A stretch of 20,000 nt of DNA from an uncultured virus (IMG/VR IMGVR_UViG_2802429268_000001) (taxonomy: Duplodnaviria > Heunggongvirae > Uroviricota > Caudoviricetes). Below are positions 1-8,491 of the stretch, in pieces. The notes under the pieces are model-generated. The model was not told where the DNA came from. It was given only the letters and a program-made list of their open reading frames with translations, and searched no databases. The stretch lies in IMG/VR virus record IMGVR_UViG_2802429268_000001; one strand, written 5' to 3'. Position numbers and translations under genes: made by a program. Position 1 is the stretch's first letter. Each line of letters starts with the position of its first letter.

Positions 1-1
1 G

Positions 2-373
2 GTTCCGACCGAGTCGCATACCCTCGTCGGGCGGGCGGAAATGCCGTTCCCAGCCACGAACCTCACGGCGTCAATCGTCGGATCAGACATTGCGCTCGGC
101 TGGGATTGGCGCTCAAGGCTCAACCCGATCGCCATTCTGACCGGGCCGGCCGATACGGTTCATGGAGAATCCAGCCTGTCCTTCGAGATCGACATCATGG
201 ACGGCTCGACGGTGAAGCGCACGCTGACCGCAACGACCAACGAAAAGACCTATCTCGCCGCGGACATCTCTTCGGATTGGGGCTCAATGCCGGCCGATAT
301 CACCTTCCGCGTCTACCAGATCAGCGCGCTCGTCGGGCGCGGCTATGTCGCTGAAGATACCATAACCCTCTAG
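2..373 (+). CDS. C-terminal part of a phage tail-tip/host-specificity protein (5' truncated by window)
   Basis: Frame open from base 2. Beta-rich Fn3/Ig-like end (DIALGWDWRSRL...FEIDIMDG...FRVYQISALVGRG) resembling alphaproteobacterial phage/GTA tail-tip proteins. Confidence 0.7.
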   Translation, partial: VPTESHTLVGRAEMPFPATNLTASIVGSDIALGWDWRSRLNPIAILTGPADTVHGESSLSFEIDIMDGSTVKRTLTATTNEKTYLAADISSDWGSMPADITFRVYQISALVGRGYVAEDTITL

Positions 374-381
374 GGGCACCC

Positions 382-1134
382 ATGACGAACAACACTGGAC
401 GCACCCCGGTTGCCGCCAACCAGGGGTCAGGGGTCTTTGACGACCTTGAGGACAACCTCGGGCGGCTCGACGCGAAACTGACGGAAGCCCTGACGGTTTC
501 CGTTGACAGCACGTCGGAAAGCCTGACGTCGGCACAGATGCAGGCCAATGCCTGCTTCATCCTCAACACCGGTTCCCCGGCTCCTGGCGGCCCGGTAACG
601 CTCACGGTCGCCGCGGTCGAGATCGGCCGCTTCACCGTCGTCAACAACACCAGCCAGACGGTCACGGTGACCATTTCCGGGCAGGTGGTAACAGCGCCGA
701 CCGTCGCCAGCGGATCGACGCAAACCTTCATCTCGGACGGTGTCAATGTCCGGGCGGCGGTCTCGGCTCCGAGCACGGGAACGGCGTTCGAACTCGTCGT
801 CGCTGCTTCCGACGAGACAACGACGCTCACCACCGGCACGGCAAAGGTCACGTTTCGCATGCCGCGGGCGGTCACGCTTACGGCGGTTCGGGCATCGCTC
901 ACGACGGCTTCATCTTCCGGTGTCGTGACCGTCGACATCAACGAGGGCGGCGTTTCGATCCTCTCCACGGCAATCACCATCGACGCGAACGAGAAGACAT
1001 CGACCACGGCGGCGACGCCTCCCGTCATCTCCGACTCCTCACTCGCAGACGACGCAGAAATGACCATCGACATCGACACGGCAGGGACAGGGGCCAAGGG
1101 GCTCAAGGTCGCGCTGATCGGAACAAGGAGCTAA
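382..1134 (+). CDS. Phage tail-fibre/tail-associated structural protein (250 aa)
   Basis: Thr/Ser/Val/Gly-rich beta-type composition, GGGG RBS, directly follows the tail-tip gene. Confidence 0.6.
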   Translation: MTNNTGRTPVAANQGSGVFDDLEDNLGRLDAKLTEALTVSVDSTSESLTSAQMQANACFILNTGSPAPGGPVTLTVAAVEIGRFTVVNNTSQTVTVTISGQVVTAPTVASGSTQTFISDGVNVRAAVSAPSTGTAFELVVAASDETTTLTTGTAKVTFRMPRAVTLTAVRASLTTASSSGVVTVDINEGGVSILSTAITIDANEKTSTTAATPPVISDSSLADDAEMTIDIDTAGTGAKGLKVALIGTRS

Positions 1135-1138
1135 AACA

Positions 1139-1558
1139 TTGGCGGCTTTCAACAAAATCAACGCTTTCGTCGAGAACCTGGCGGAGAAGGTGCACAACCT
1201 TGGGGCGGACCAACTTGTCGTGGCCCTGACGGCGGCGGCAAATGCGCCGGTTGCGACCAACAGCGTCTTGGCCGATCTCACGCAGATCAGCTACACGAAC
1301 CTGTCATCGCGCAACGTCACGACCTCGTCGTCGTCACAGACGTCCGGCACTTACAGCCTTGTGCTCGCCGACCTGACGCTGACGGCGTCCGGCGGCTCTG
1401 TCGGGCCGTTCCGGTACATCGCGCTCTACAACGACACGCCGACGTCGCCGGCAGACCCGCTTATCGGCTGGTACGACTATGGCTCCGACCTGACGCTTGC
1501 CGACGGCGAAAGCCTCACCATCGACTTCAGTGCAAGCGGCGCGATCACGATCGCCTAA
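1139..1558 (+). CDS. Phage virion structural protein, fibre-associated (139 aa, TTG start)
   Basis: AAGGAG RBS 8 nt upstream, GC-rich codon bias, segments such as GPFRYIALYNDT and PLIGWYDYG..LTLADGESLTIDF familiar from phage structural proteins. Confidence 0.6.
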   Translation: MAAFNKINAFVENLAEKVHNLGADQLVVALTAAANAPVATNSVLADLTQISYTNLSSRNVTTSSSSQTSGTYSLVLADLTLTASGGSVGPFRYIALYNDTPTSPADPLIGWYDYGSDLTLADGESLTIDFSASGAITIA

Positions 1559-1569
1559 GCGGAGCATTC

Positions 1570-2700
1570 ATGAGCTTCCTCATCAACCCGTTCGTCTATC
1601 TGTCGGCCGGCGCGACGCTGACGGCAGAGGCCGGCACGTTCACCCTGACCGGTGTTAATGCGGGCCTGTTGCGCGCCTTGCGCATGGAGGCGGCTGCCGG
1701 CGCCTTCACGCTGACGGGTAACGACGCGGATATCTCGACCGGCTATCCCGATCTCGTAGCGGAGACCGGGACATTCACCATCACGGGCAATGCCGCTGCG
1801 CTCACACGGGCGCTGCGCATGGAAGCAAGCGCCGGGGCGTTCTCGCTTACCGGCAACGTGGCAGGTCTCAGTAAGACCCTCACCGTCCTTGCAGAGGGCG
1901 GGTCGTTCACGCTGACTGGCGTCGACGCGGCGTTCAAACGGGCGCTCGCCATGGCGGCGGCACAGGGCTCATTCACGCTAACGGGGAACGCGGCGACGCT
2001 AACTTATGGCGCGACAGACCCGAACTTCTCAAGCGTCGTTCTTCTGTGCGGCTTTGACGGTACGGACGGGGCGACCACATCAACGGACGACAGCAACTCC
2101 GCCCACACGCTCACCTTCGTAGGCAACGCGCAACTCGACACGGCGCAGCAGAAGTTCGGCGGGTCCAGTCTGTTGCTTGATGGGACTGGCGATATAGTCA
2201 CTTGCGCGGCAAGTACCGACTGGGACTTCGGAAGTTCCCCCTTCACCATCGAAATGTTTGCTCGTTTCAACACGATCACATCCACAAGTAGGTCGGTTCT
2301 CGGCAGTTCTGGATCTAACGCAGCCAGCTTTGTGATGGGCATCAATGCTGGGCTGAGTAATTTCCAATTCGCATTCAGCTCGAATGGGGGATCGTCCTTC
2401 AACGAGATCATCACATCGTCCGGAGTCACTGCGGCGACCGGCCAGTGGTATCACCTCTGCGTCGATCGCGACGGCTCGAACAAGATCCGACTCTATATCG
2501 ACGGCGTCATGCGCGGCAGCCTGACCACAGCCAACGCCATCAACTACGAAAGCACGGCTCTAGCGATCGGTGCGACTGACGGCACCGGGTCTTCAGACAT
2601 GGATGGCTGGTTAGACGAGGTCCGCATTACCAAGGGCGTGGCGCGGTATGCATCCGATTCCGGCTTCACGGTTCCGACGTCCGCCTATCCACGGTCATAA
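1570..2700 (+). CDS. Fibre protein with six 22-23 aa repeats and a C-terminal LamG/ConA-like domain (putative receptor-binding protein)
   Basis: GGAG RBS, repeats of GxFTLTGxxA, LamG-like motifs FTIEMF, WYHLCVDR, IRLYIDG, GWLDEVRITKGVARY. Confidence 0.75.
   Translation: MSFLINPFVYLSAGATLTAEAGTFTLTGVNAGLLRALRMEAAAGAFTLTGNDADISTGYPDLVAETGTFTITGNAAALTRALRMEASAGAFSLTGNVAGLSKTLTVLAEGGSFTLTGVDAAFKRALAMAAAQGSFTLTGNAATLTYGATDPNFSSVVLLCGFDGTDGATTSTDDSNSAHTLTFVGNAQLDTAQQKFGGSSLLLDGTGDIVTCAASTDWDFGSSPFTIEMFARFNTITSTSRSVLGSSGSNAASFVMGINAGLSNFQFAFSSNGGSSFNEIITSSGVTAATGQWYHLCVDRDGSNKIRLYIDGVMRGSLTTANAINYESTALAIGATDGTGSSDMDGWLDEVRITKGVARYASDSGFTVPTSAYPRS
1609..2010 (+). repeat. Six tandem ~66-69 nt coding repeats in the fibre gene
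   Basis: AEAGTFTLTGVNA / AAAGAFTLTGNDA / AETGTFTITGNAA / ASAGAFSLTGNVA / AEGGSFTLTGVDA / AAQGSFTLTGNAA. Confidence 0.85.
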
Positions 2701-2716
2701 GAAATGCCGCGTTGAC

Positions 2717-2872
2717 CTAGTTGTGGGGCAGCACCGAAAAATACGAGAGGTCGAGCGACGAGCCCGAAACGACCAGGGCCGCCAAGCCGGAAACGATTAT
2801 GGCGGTCAGCACTAACCACTCGACACCGGTAATGTCGGCTTTGCGCTTAGGCGGACGATATTCGGTGGGCAT
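2717..2872 (-). CDS. 51-aa single-TM peptide, Flp-pilin-like (absent from the ORF track)
   Basis: Hand translation MPTEYRPPKRKADITGVEWLVLTAIIVSGLAALVVSGSSLDLSYFSVLPHN. ATG lies 6 nt after the stop of the methyltransferase gene, with purine-rich GAAGGGTAAAGAG upstream. Confidence 0.55.
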   Translation of the reverse strand: MPTEYRPPKRKADITGVEWLVLTAIIVSGLAALVVSGSSLDLSYFSVLPHN

Positions 2873-2878
2873 CGCTCT

Positions 2879-3556
2879 TTACCCTTCTTCAGCCCTTGCA
2901 ACGGGCGTCAACGGCCTTGGGATCAACATGGGAACGCTGCTGGCGTAGCTGTCGTATTCAGGGAAAGTGCGTCTGAGGACGCGCTCCTCGTTGAACATCC
3001 GCCGTAACTGGAAGGCGAAGTGGGCGGCACCGACCAGCAACGCGGCCAGCGACCAGTTGGCGATCAGGAACCCGACGGCGCTGATTGCCTCCGCAGCATA
3101 CAGCGGGTGGCGGACGATTGCATAGGGACCGGTCACGACGAGTTTGCGAGCTGATGCCATTACCGAGAACGAGCGCCCTAGCCAGAACAGACAGTAGATC
3201 GACAGTGCCGTGCCGATGAGGGCCAGGACGGTCGACGCGACGAGCATCCCAGGTCCGGCGGTGCCCCGCGGCAGCACTATGAGGACCATCAGCCCAAACG
3301 TCCCCGCGAGCGCGCTCAGTCGGGGCTCTATCCCCTCCGCGCTCCGCCGCGGCGGCAGTCGAACCACTGTCAGGCCGACGACCAAGCACAAGAACAGCAA
3401 ACCCAGCAATCGCGAAGAGAGGACGAGCGGCCAGAATTCTATGCTCTCCCGAAACCGAATGACCGCTACGATCGAGGCGACCTGCTGCAGCGCCAGGTAA
3501 AAGAAGACGAGTGTAAGGAAAGTCTTGCCCAGAAGATCTTCGATCCTGCTGATCAT
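2879..3556 (-). CDS. Integral membrane methyltransferase, ICMT/PEMT family (225 aa)
   Basis: LVVTGPYAIVRHPLY and NEERVL family motifs, several TM segments, ATGA overlap with the upstream gene. Confidence 0.88.
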   Translation of the reverse strand: MISRIEDLLGKTFLTLVFFYLALQQVASIVAVIRFRESIEFWPLVLSSRLLGLLFLCLVVGLTVVRLPPRRSAEGIEPRLSALAGTFGLMVLIVLPRGTAGPGMLVASTVLALIGTALSIYCLFWLGRSFSVMASARKLVVTGPYAIVRHPLYAAEAISAVGFLIANWSLAALLVGAAHFAFQLRRMFNEERVLRRTFPEYDSYASSVPMLIPRPLTPVARAEEG

Positions 3557-4365
3557 GGGTGCGTGTCTCCTGGTTGTTGCTGCGATAACGCGCCCGCAGG
3601 AACTCGAAGCTGCTTGAGTGGATAGGCGAGTTGCTGGTGATAGAGCGGGGGCACCGGATCATCGGTGCCGTAGACCCTCGGCATACGCTCAGGCATGTAC
3701 AAAGTGCCAGCGAGGGCATCGATGAAGGGCAGCTGGCCGGCGAAGTTTTTGTCGTAGGCCTGTCGCTCGTTGGCATGGTGCCAGTGATGGAATTGAGGAG
3801 AGGCGAGCACCCATTTGAGAGGGCCGAACCTGATCCGAGTGTTTGAATGGATCAAAAGCGACTGCGCCTGATAAATCAAAGCATAGATCGCGATTGCAGA
3901 TCCGGAGAAGCCAAGAGCGTAAACCGGAATCAGGGAGGCAGCCGAGGTCACGATCTGGTCGACCGGATGAACACGATGCGCGGCCAGCCAATCCATCTCC
4001 TCGATGCTGTGGTGGACAGAGTGAAACTTCCACAGGAACGGCACGGAATGGAAGGCGCGGTGCGCTAGGTAAAATCCTATATCGGCAACAAGAGTGACCT
4101 CGATCGCCTGCAACCATATCGGCTGGGCTTGCACCACAGCGAACACGCCTCCCGGAATGACAAACCGGATGGCGATCATGATCGAGCCGACCAGGGCGAT
4201 GAAACCGAGCTTGATCAGAATGCTGTTGAAGAAGAGGTAGATCACGTCGTTCAGCCAGTGCTTTCGCAGCACTTTCTGATCAGCGTGAAGCGGGAGAAGC
4301 CGCTCGAGCGGAATGAAGATCATGGCGATTATCAGGATCGCCTTCAGGTCGATGAGCTCTAACAT
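3553..4365 (-). CDS. Sterol desaturase / fatty-acid hydroxylase superfamily di-iron enzyme (270 aa)
   Basis: His boxes HRAFH, HSVHH, HSN, HHWHH and TM helices. ATG at 4365 overlaps the stop of the PAP2 gene. Confidence 0.9.
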   Translation of the reverse strand: MLELIDLKAILIIAMIFIPLERLLPLHADQKVLRKHWLNDVIYLFFNSILIKLGFIALVGSIMIAIRFVIPGGVFAVVQAQPIWLQAIEVTLVADIGFYLAHRAFHSVPFLWKFHSVHHSIEEMDWLAAHRVHPVDQIVTSAASLIPVYALGFSGSAIAIYALIYQAQSLLIHSNTRIRFGPLKWVLASPQFHHWHHANERQAYDKNFAGQLPFIDALAGTLYMPERMPRVYGTDDPVPPLYHQQLAYPLKQLRVPAGALSQQQPGDTHP

Positions 4366-5357
4366 GTAACACCCGATGATTGCTTGTTTTGGCTCGGCGC
4401 ATCGAAAAGCCGCCAAAAAAAGAAAACGGCAGCAGCAGAGACATACCCGTCCACCGCATAGTGCCAGCCGAAGTAGACCGAGCCGAGCAACGTCAGGGCG
4501 GCGAAAGCCCATCCCGCGAGCCCGAGCCACCGGTTAATTTGCGTCAGAAAGAGTGCGTTCAGGCTTGCAACTGCCACGTGGATGCTCGGCATTGCTGAGA
4601 TGCCGGCGAAGATGTCCTCCGCGCCGGAAACATAGGCGGCATATAGCCGCTCGGCGACAAAGAAATGGTATCTGGCGTCCGGGTTTTGTTTGAGTGTCAG
4701 GACGAGCTCTGCGAACCGGCCTTCACCGAAAAACTGATCATAGAATATGGGCCCGACGGAGGCAGTTACGGCGGCCAGCAGGGTGCCCAGGACCGCGTAA
4801 GTCGCGGCGAATGATCGCAGGTATCTTGATCGCAGCCGATCGCTTGGGTGGAAGGCGGCCAAGGCAATGCAGCCGATGAACTCGAGCAGCCAAAGTGGGA
4901 AATAGACGATGAGCATGGGTTGCATCGCGATCGGGGGAATTATGGAGTGCACCAAACGCCACGGATCGCCGAAGTGAATCATGCGGTCAGTCTCTGCGAG
5001 AGCGTGATCTGCGTAGAACGGAACGACGAGCGGGATATGGAACTTCACTGTCCAGAACGCCGCCATGCCGACGCATATAACCGCAGCGATGACAAGCGCT
5101 CCGCTTCCTCGGCGCCTAATGATGCCGGCCACGTGGCTGAGAGGTGCCGTCGGGCGGCTAACAATGGCGGAAGCCAACAGACCGAGGGCGGACAGGACAA
5201 GCGCTGCGGGCAGCACTTGCAGCGCGAATGCGCTCAGGTTCCGCATGTACAGCGCGGGAGCGAAACTGAAGGCCGCGATCACATAGGCTCCGCAAGAGAT
5301 GCTCAACCACCGCGACGGTCGCCTTGATGCGGAAGTGCTGATTACAGCTTCGGTCAT
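4359..5357 (-). CDS. PAP2-superfamily membrane phosphotransferase/phosphatase, Aur1/Ipt1 (PAP2_3)-like (332 aa)
   Basis: SVGPIFY, SAMPSIHVA and GWHYAVDG motifs (H-H-D triad), multi-TM. ATG 5357 has a GGGGG RBS; alternative GTG at 5393. Confidence 0.85.
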   Translation of the reverse strand: MTEAVISTSASRRPSRWLSISCGAYVIAAFSFAPALYMRNLSAFALQVLPAALVLSALGLLASAIVSRPTAPLSHVAGIIRRRGSGALVIAAVICVGMAAFWTVKFHIPLVVPFYADHALAETDRMIHFGDPWRLVHSIIPPIAMQPMLIVYFPLWLLEFIGCIALAAFHPSDRLRSRYLRSFAATYAVLGTLLAAVTASVGPIFYDQFFGEGRFAELVLTLKQNPDARYHFFVAERLYAAYVSGAEDIFAGISAMPSIHVAVASLNALFLTQINRWLGLAGWAFAALTLLGSVYFGWHYAVDGYVSAAAVFFFWRLFDAPSQNKQSSGVTC

Positions 5358-5449
5358 AATAGGTAGCCCCCATATCCCACGCGATTGAACCACTGGTTGC
5401 GCCTGACGGCAATATCATCCTTTCTGGTTAGTTAATGGGGTCAACACCG

Positions 5450-6670
5450 ATGGCAACTCCTCCGGTTCCGGACGACGTGATCCTGCGCTCGCTTGAGGCG
5501 TTGGCGGCCTGCGGCGGGAACCAGTGCAGGGCCGCCGAGATGATCGGCATCAGCCGGGCCGGGCTACAGGGTCACTTGAAGATGGCCGCACGCCGGGGGT
5601 TGGTTGCGCCGGCCAATGCCGCGCAGGTGATGCCCGGATTTGAGGTCACGCGAGTCCAGACAGGCCCGCGCGGAACCACGATCGAACAGAAGCCGGGGCC
5701 GGGAGAAGTCTTCACCGTCCCGGAAGGCCACAAGATCAAGGGCGTCTCCGCCTTCATCGATCCGGACGGCCGAGTCCGCGGGCAATGGGTGAAGACGCGG
5801 GAAGGGGAGCCGGATCCGGAGCGCACCGCCGAAATCATCAAGGCCGCATTCGAAAACTTCGAACCGAAGGCTCCGATCGTGCTTCCGCCGCGGGACAGCG
5901 ATACCGAAAGGCTGACGGCCTACATCTTCTGCGACTGGCATGTCGGGCTGTTCGCCTGGGGTCGGGAGACGGGCGGGGCCGATTGGGATCTGACCATCGC
6001 TCGAGAGACGCTTTCCGCCGCGGTGCGTGAGATTGTCGAGACGTCGCCGCCAAGTGCTCAGGCGGTCATTCTCGGCCTTGGCGACCTTCTCCATGCTGAT
6101 AACGGCCGGAACATGACGGAGCGATCCGGCAACGTTCTGGACGTCGACACCCGCTATTCCAAGTGCCTCGAAACCGTCTGCGACCTGATGGCCGAATCCT
6201 CGGAACTGATCGCGGCGAAACACAAGCACGTCGAAGCTGTCTTCAAGCCAGGCAATCACGACGAGAACAGCACCGTGGGCATCCGCCAGGCGCTCCGCAT
6301 GTACTGGCGGGATAATGAGCGGGTTTCCGTCGACACCAGCCCGGACGCTTTCTACTGGCGCCGCTTCGGCGTCAACCTGATCGGCGGGACGCATGGAGAC
6401 AAGGCGAAGCCCCCAGACCTTCCGATGATCATGGCGAACCGGCGGAAAGAAGACTGGAGCGCCACGGCGACCCGACACATCCACACCGGTCATATTCATC
6501 ACGATACGGAGCGCGAGATCGGCGGCGTGCATGTCTATTCGCACCGGGCTCCGGTCGCACAGGACGCCTACCACGCCTGGCACGGCTATCTCTCCGGCCG
6601 ATCGATGAAGAGCTACACCTATCACGTCGAGAAGGGCGCCAGAGGCCATTCCGAAGTCGAAATCTCATGA
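5450..6670 (+). CDS. Calcineurin-like metallophosphoesterase with N-terminal Fis-type HTH
   Basis: DWHVG, GDLLH, GNHD, THGD, GHIHH motifs and GGNQCRAAEMIGISRAGLQGHLK HTH. Start 5450 or 5435. Confidence 0.85.
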   Translation: MATPPVPDDVILRSLEALAACGGNQCRAAEMIGISRAGLQGHLKMAARRGLVAPANAAQVMPGFEVTRVQTGPRGTTIEQKPGPGEVFTVPEGHKIKGVSAFIDPDGRVRGQWVKTREGEPDPERTAEIIKAAFENFEPKAPIVLPPRDSDTERLTAYIFCDWHVGLFAWGRETGGADWDLTIARETLSAAVREIVETSPPSAQAVILGLGDLLHADNGRNMTERSGNVLDVDTRYSKCLETVCDLMAESSELIAAKHKHVEAVFKPGNHDENSTVGIRQALRMYWRDNERVSVDTSPDAFYWRRFGVNLIGGTHGDKAKPPDLPMIMANRRKEDWSATATRHIHTGHIHHDTEREIGGVHVYSHRAPVAQDAYHAWHGYLSGRSMKSYTYHVEKGARGHSEVEIS

Positions 6671-6677
6671 GGCAACC

Positions 6678-6827
6678 ATGGCGCGCTTCCACATCAGGGT
6701 CACGAAAAACGAAGACGGCAGCATCAAGCGCGAATTGATGCGGGAAGAATACAAGATCGCGGACGTGTCGAAGGCCGAGATCATCGACATGCTGATGCAG
6801 TTTTCGAGCTCGCTCCGGTACGACTGA
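6678..6827 (+). CDS. 49-aa hypothetical phage protein (absent from the ORF track)
   Basis: GAGG RBS, MARFHIRVTKNEDGSIKRELMREEYKIADVSKAEIIDMLMQFSSSLRYD, GC-rich third positions. Confidence 0.65.
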   Translation: MARFHIRVTKNEDGSIKRELMREEYKIADVSKAEIIDMLMQFSSSLRYD

Positions 6828-6887
6828 CCCCGCGTTATACCCTTTCCGCAGATTCGTTATAACCGGCATCTCCCCATAGGAACCCCC

Positions 6888-7121
6888 ATGAAACTGATCG
6901 CCGATTGGCGGGCGGTGCTGCGCTATGCGTGGTCGTTCCGGCTGAACATCCTTGCCGCCCTGCTTTCCGGGCTCGAGGTCTGGTTCACGTTTATCAACCC
7001 CGAAAGCCTGCCGATCCCGCACGGCACGTTCGCCGCCTTGGCGTGCGTGACGACCATCCTCGCGAACATCGCCCGCTTCGTGGCGCAAACGTCCATCTCA
7101 GGAGGAAAGCCCGATGAGTAG
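6888..7121 (+). CDS. Putative holin (77 aa, 2 TM)
   Basis: Two hydrophobic segments, AGGA RBS, overlaps the lysozyme start. Confidence 0.7.
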   Translation: MKLIADWRAVLRYAWSFRLNILAALLSGLEVWFTFINPESLPIPHGTFAALACVTTILANIARFVAQTSISGGKPDE

Positions 7122-7581
7122 GCTTAAGAAGGCCGGCAAGATGACGGCGATCGGTGCGGCCGCAATCGCCCTCGTCGGCGCATGGGAAGGGCTGCGCACA
7201 GTGGCCTATCGCGATGTTGTCGGGATTCCCACCGTCTGCTTCGGCGAGACCCGCGGCGTAAAGATGGGCGATCGGTATTCGGTCGACGAATGCAAGGTGA
7301 TGCTCGGTGACGCGCTCGTTGAGTTTGAAGCCGGTATGCGCGCTTGCCTGAAGAACCCCGACGGCCTGCCTGACAAGGTCTATGTGTCGTTCCTGTCCGC
7401 CTCCTACAACATCGGGACGCGGGCGTTCTGCGGCTCGTCAATGGCTCGCAAGGCGAATGCCGGCGATCTCCGCGGTGCGTGCGATTCCCTGGCGCTCTGG
7501 AATAAGGCCGGCGGCCGCGTCGTCAAGGGCCTCACCAATCGCCGCGCCGAAGAGCGCCGGCTTTGCCTTGAGGGGCTGTGA
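7114..7581 (+). CDS. GH24 lysozyme, probable SAR endolysin
   Basis: E-x8-D-x5-T triad (WEGLRTVAYRDVVGIPTVCFG), YNIG, GLTNRRAEE, and a basic then Ala/Gly-rich hydrophobic N-terminus. Confidence 0.93.
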   Translation: MSRLKKAGKMTAIGAAAIALVGAWEGLRTVAYRDVVGIPTVCFGETRGVKMGDRYSVDECKVMLGDALVEFEAGMRACLKNPDGLPDKVYVSFLSASYNIGTRAFCGSSMARKANAGDLRGACDSLALWNKAGGRVVKGLTNRRAEERRLCLEGL

Positions 7582-7937
7582 TGCTCGGTCGCTTCTTGGA
7601 CTGGGTTTATATCGCCGTCGGCGCGCTCGCAGCCTTTGCACTCTTCAGCCTGTACGACGGCATGGTCGACGATCCTCTCGTGAGACGTGAAGCGCTCCGG
7701 GGGTACGTCCTCAAATCGGAACGCGATGCAATCGCCTCTCAGCTTGCCGAGGAACGACGTCGAGCGCTCGCTGCGGCACAGACAGCCGAAGAGTTCAAAC
7801 GGCGATACACGGCCCTCTCTGAGCGGAACAAGGCCAACAGCGAAAAAGCGGAGCAGGACATTGAAAGCGACAACCGCACTGACGACGGCGCTCCTCGGGT
7901 TACTTCTGGGGATCTCGACTGGCTGTCAAAGCACTAA
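7578..7937 (+). CDS. i-spanin (Rz-like)
   Basis: N-terminal TM followed by a charged coiled coil, directly after the endolysin. Confidence 0.7.
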   Translation: MMLGRFLDWVYIAVGALAAFALFSLYDGMVDDPLVRREALRGYVLKSERDAIASQLAEERRRALAAAQTAEEFKRRYTALSERNKANSEKAEQDIESDNRTDDGAPRVTSGDLDWLSKH

Positions 7938-8172
7938 CCAGCGCCTCCAGCAAGCCGCCATCCAGCAAGGACAGGCGAGGGCGACGGTGATCCTGCCCGA
8001 CCTTCCGCAAGCCTGCCGCGATGCAACCGGCGTCGTGAACCCGAAAGAGGGCGAGAAATGGCGCGGCGTCCAGCTTCGATGGCAGGTGGTCCGTGAGAAC
8101 GAGAACGAGATCAAGACTGCATGCGCTGAATTCTACGACCAACTCCGGCAACGCCTGGCGAAAGGGGAATGA
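7861..8172 (+). CDS. o-spanin (Rz1-like lipoprotein), overlapping the i-spanin
   Basis: TTG start after AGGA, signal KATTALTTALLGLLLGISTG-C (lipobox), LPDLPQAC segment. Confidence 0.72.
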   Translation: MKATTALTTALLGLLLGISTGCQSTNQRLQQAAIQQGQARATVILPDLPQACRDATGVVNPKEGEKWRGVQLRWQVVRENENEIKTACAEFYDQLRQRLAKGE

Positions 8173-8173
8173 C

Positions 8174-8491
8174 ATGCTGAAGGGCATCATCTTGGGCGCG
8201 CTGTCTCTGATCGCGCTGGCGTTCATCCTCTTTTGCTTCTGGGTCCAGCCCGCCGTGGCGCAAGTAGACCCCAGCACATGTGCACCGCGCCGCGAGTTGA
8301 TCGATTCGCTAAAGGCCACCTACGGAGAAACCGAATCCTGGGTCGGCAAGGACGCCAAGGACAAGGCCGCTGTCTTCCTGCTGATGACGGGCAAGAACGG
8401 ATCTTGGACCTTGCTCAAGGTCATGCCCGACGTCGCCTGCGTGATTGCAGCCGGATCCGAATCCACCAACCTGTTTGGAACGCCGGTATGA
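8174..8491 (+). CDS. Exported/anchored phage protein (105 aa)
   Basis: Hydrophobic N-terminus ending in AVA-Q, two Cys in the mature part, AGGGG RBS. Confidence 0.7.
   Translation: MLKGIILGALSLIALAFILFCFWVQPAVAQVDPSTCAPRRELIDSLKATYGETESWVGKDAKDKAAVFLLMTGKNGSWTLLKVMPDVACVIAAGSESTNLFGTPV

Noticed and set aside
1570..2700. Diversity-generating retroelement or invertible fibre cassette
   Set aside because: No reverse transcriptase, invertase or template/variable repeat pair seen in the window
5421..5435. CtrA box in the divergent spacer
   Set aside because: Only one TTAA half-site, no TTAA-N7-TTAA
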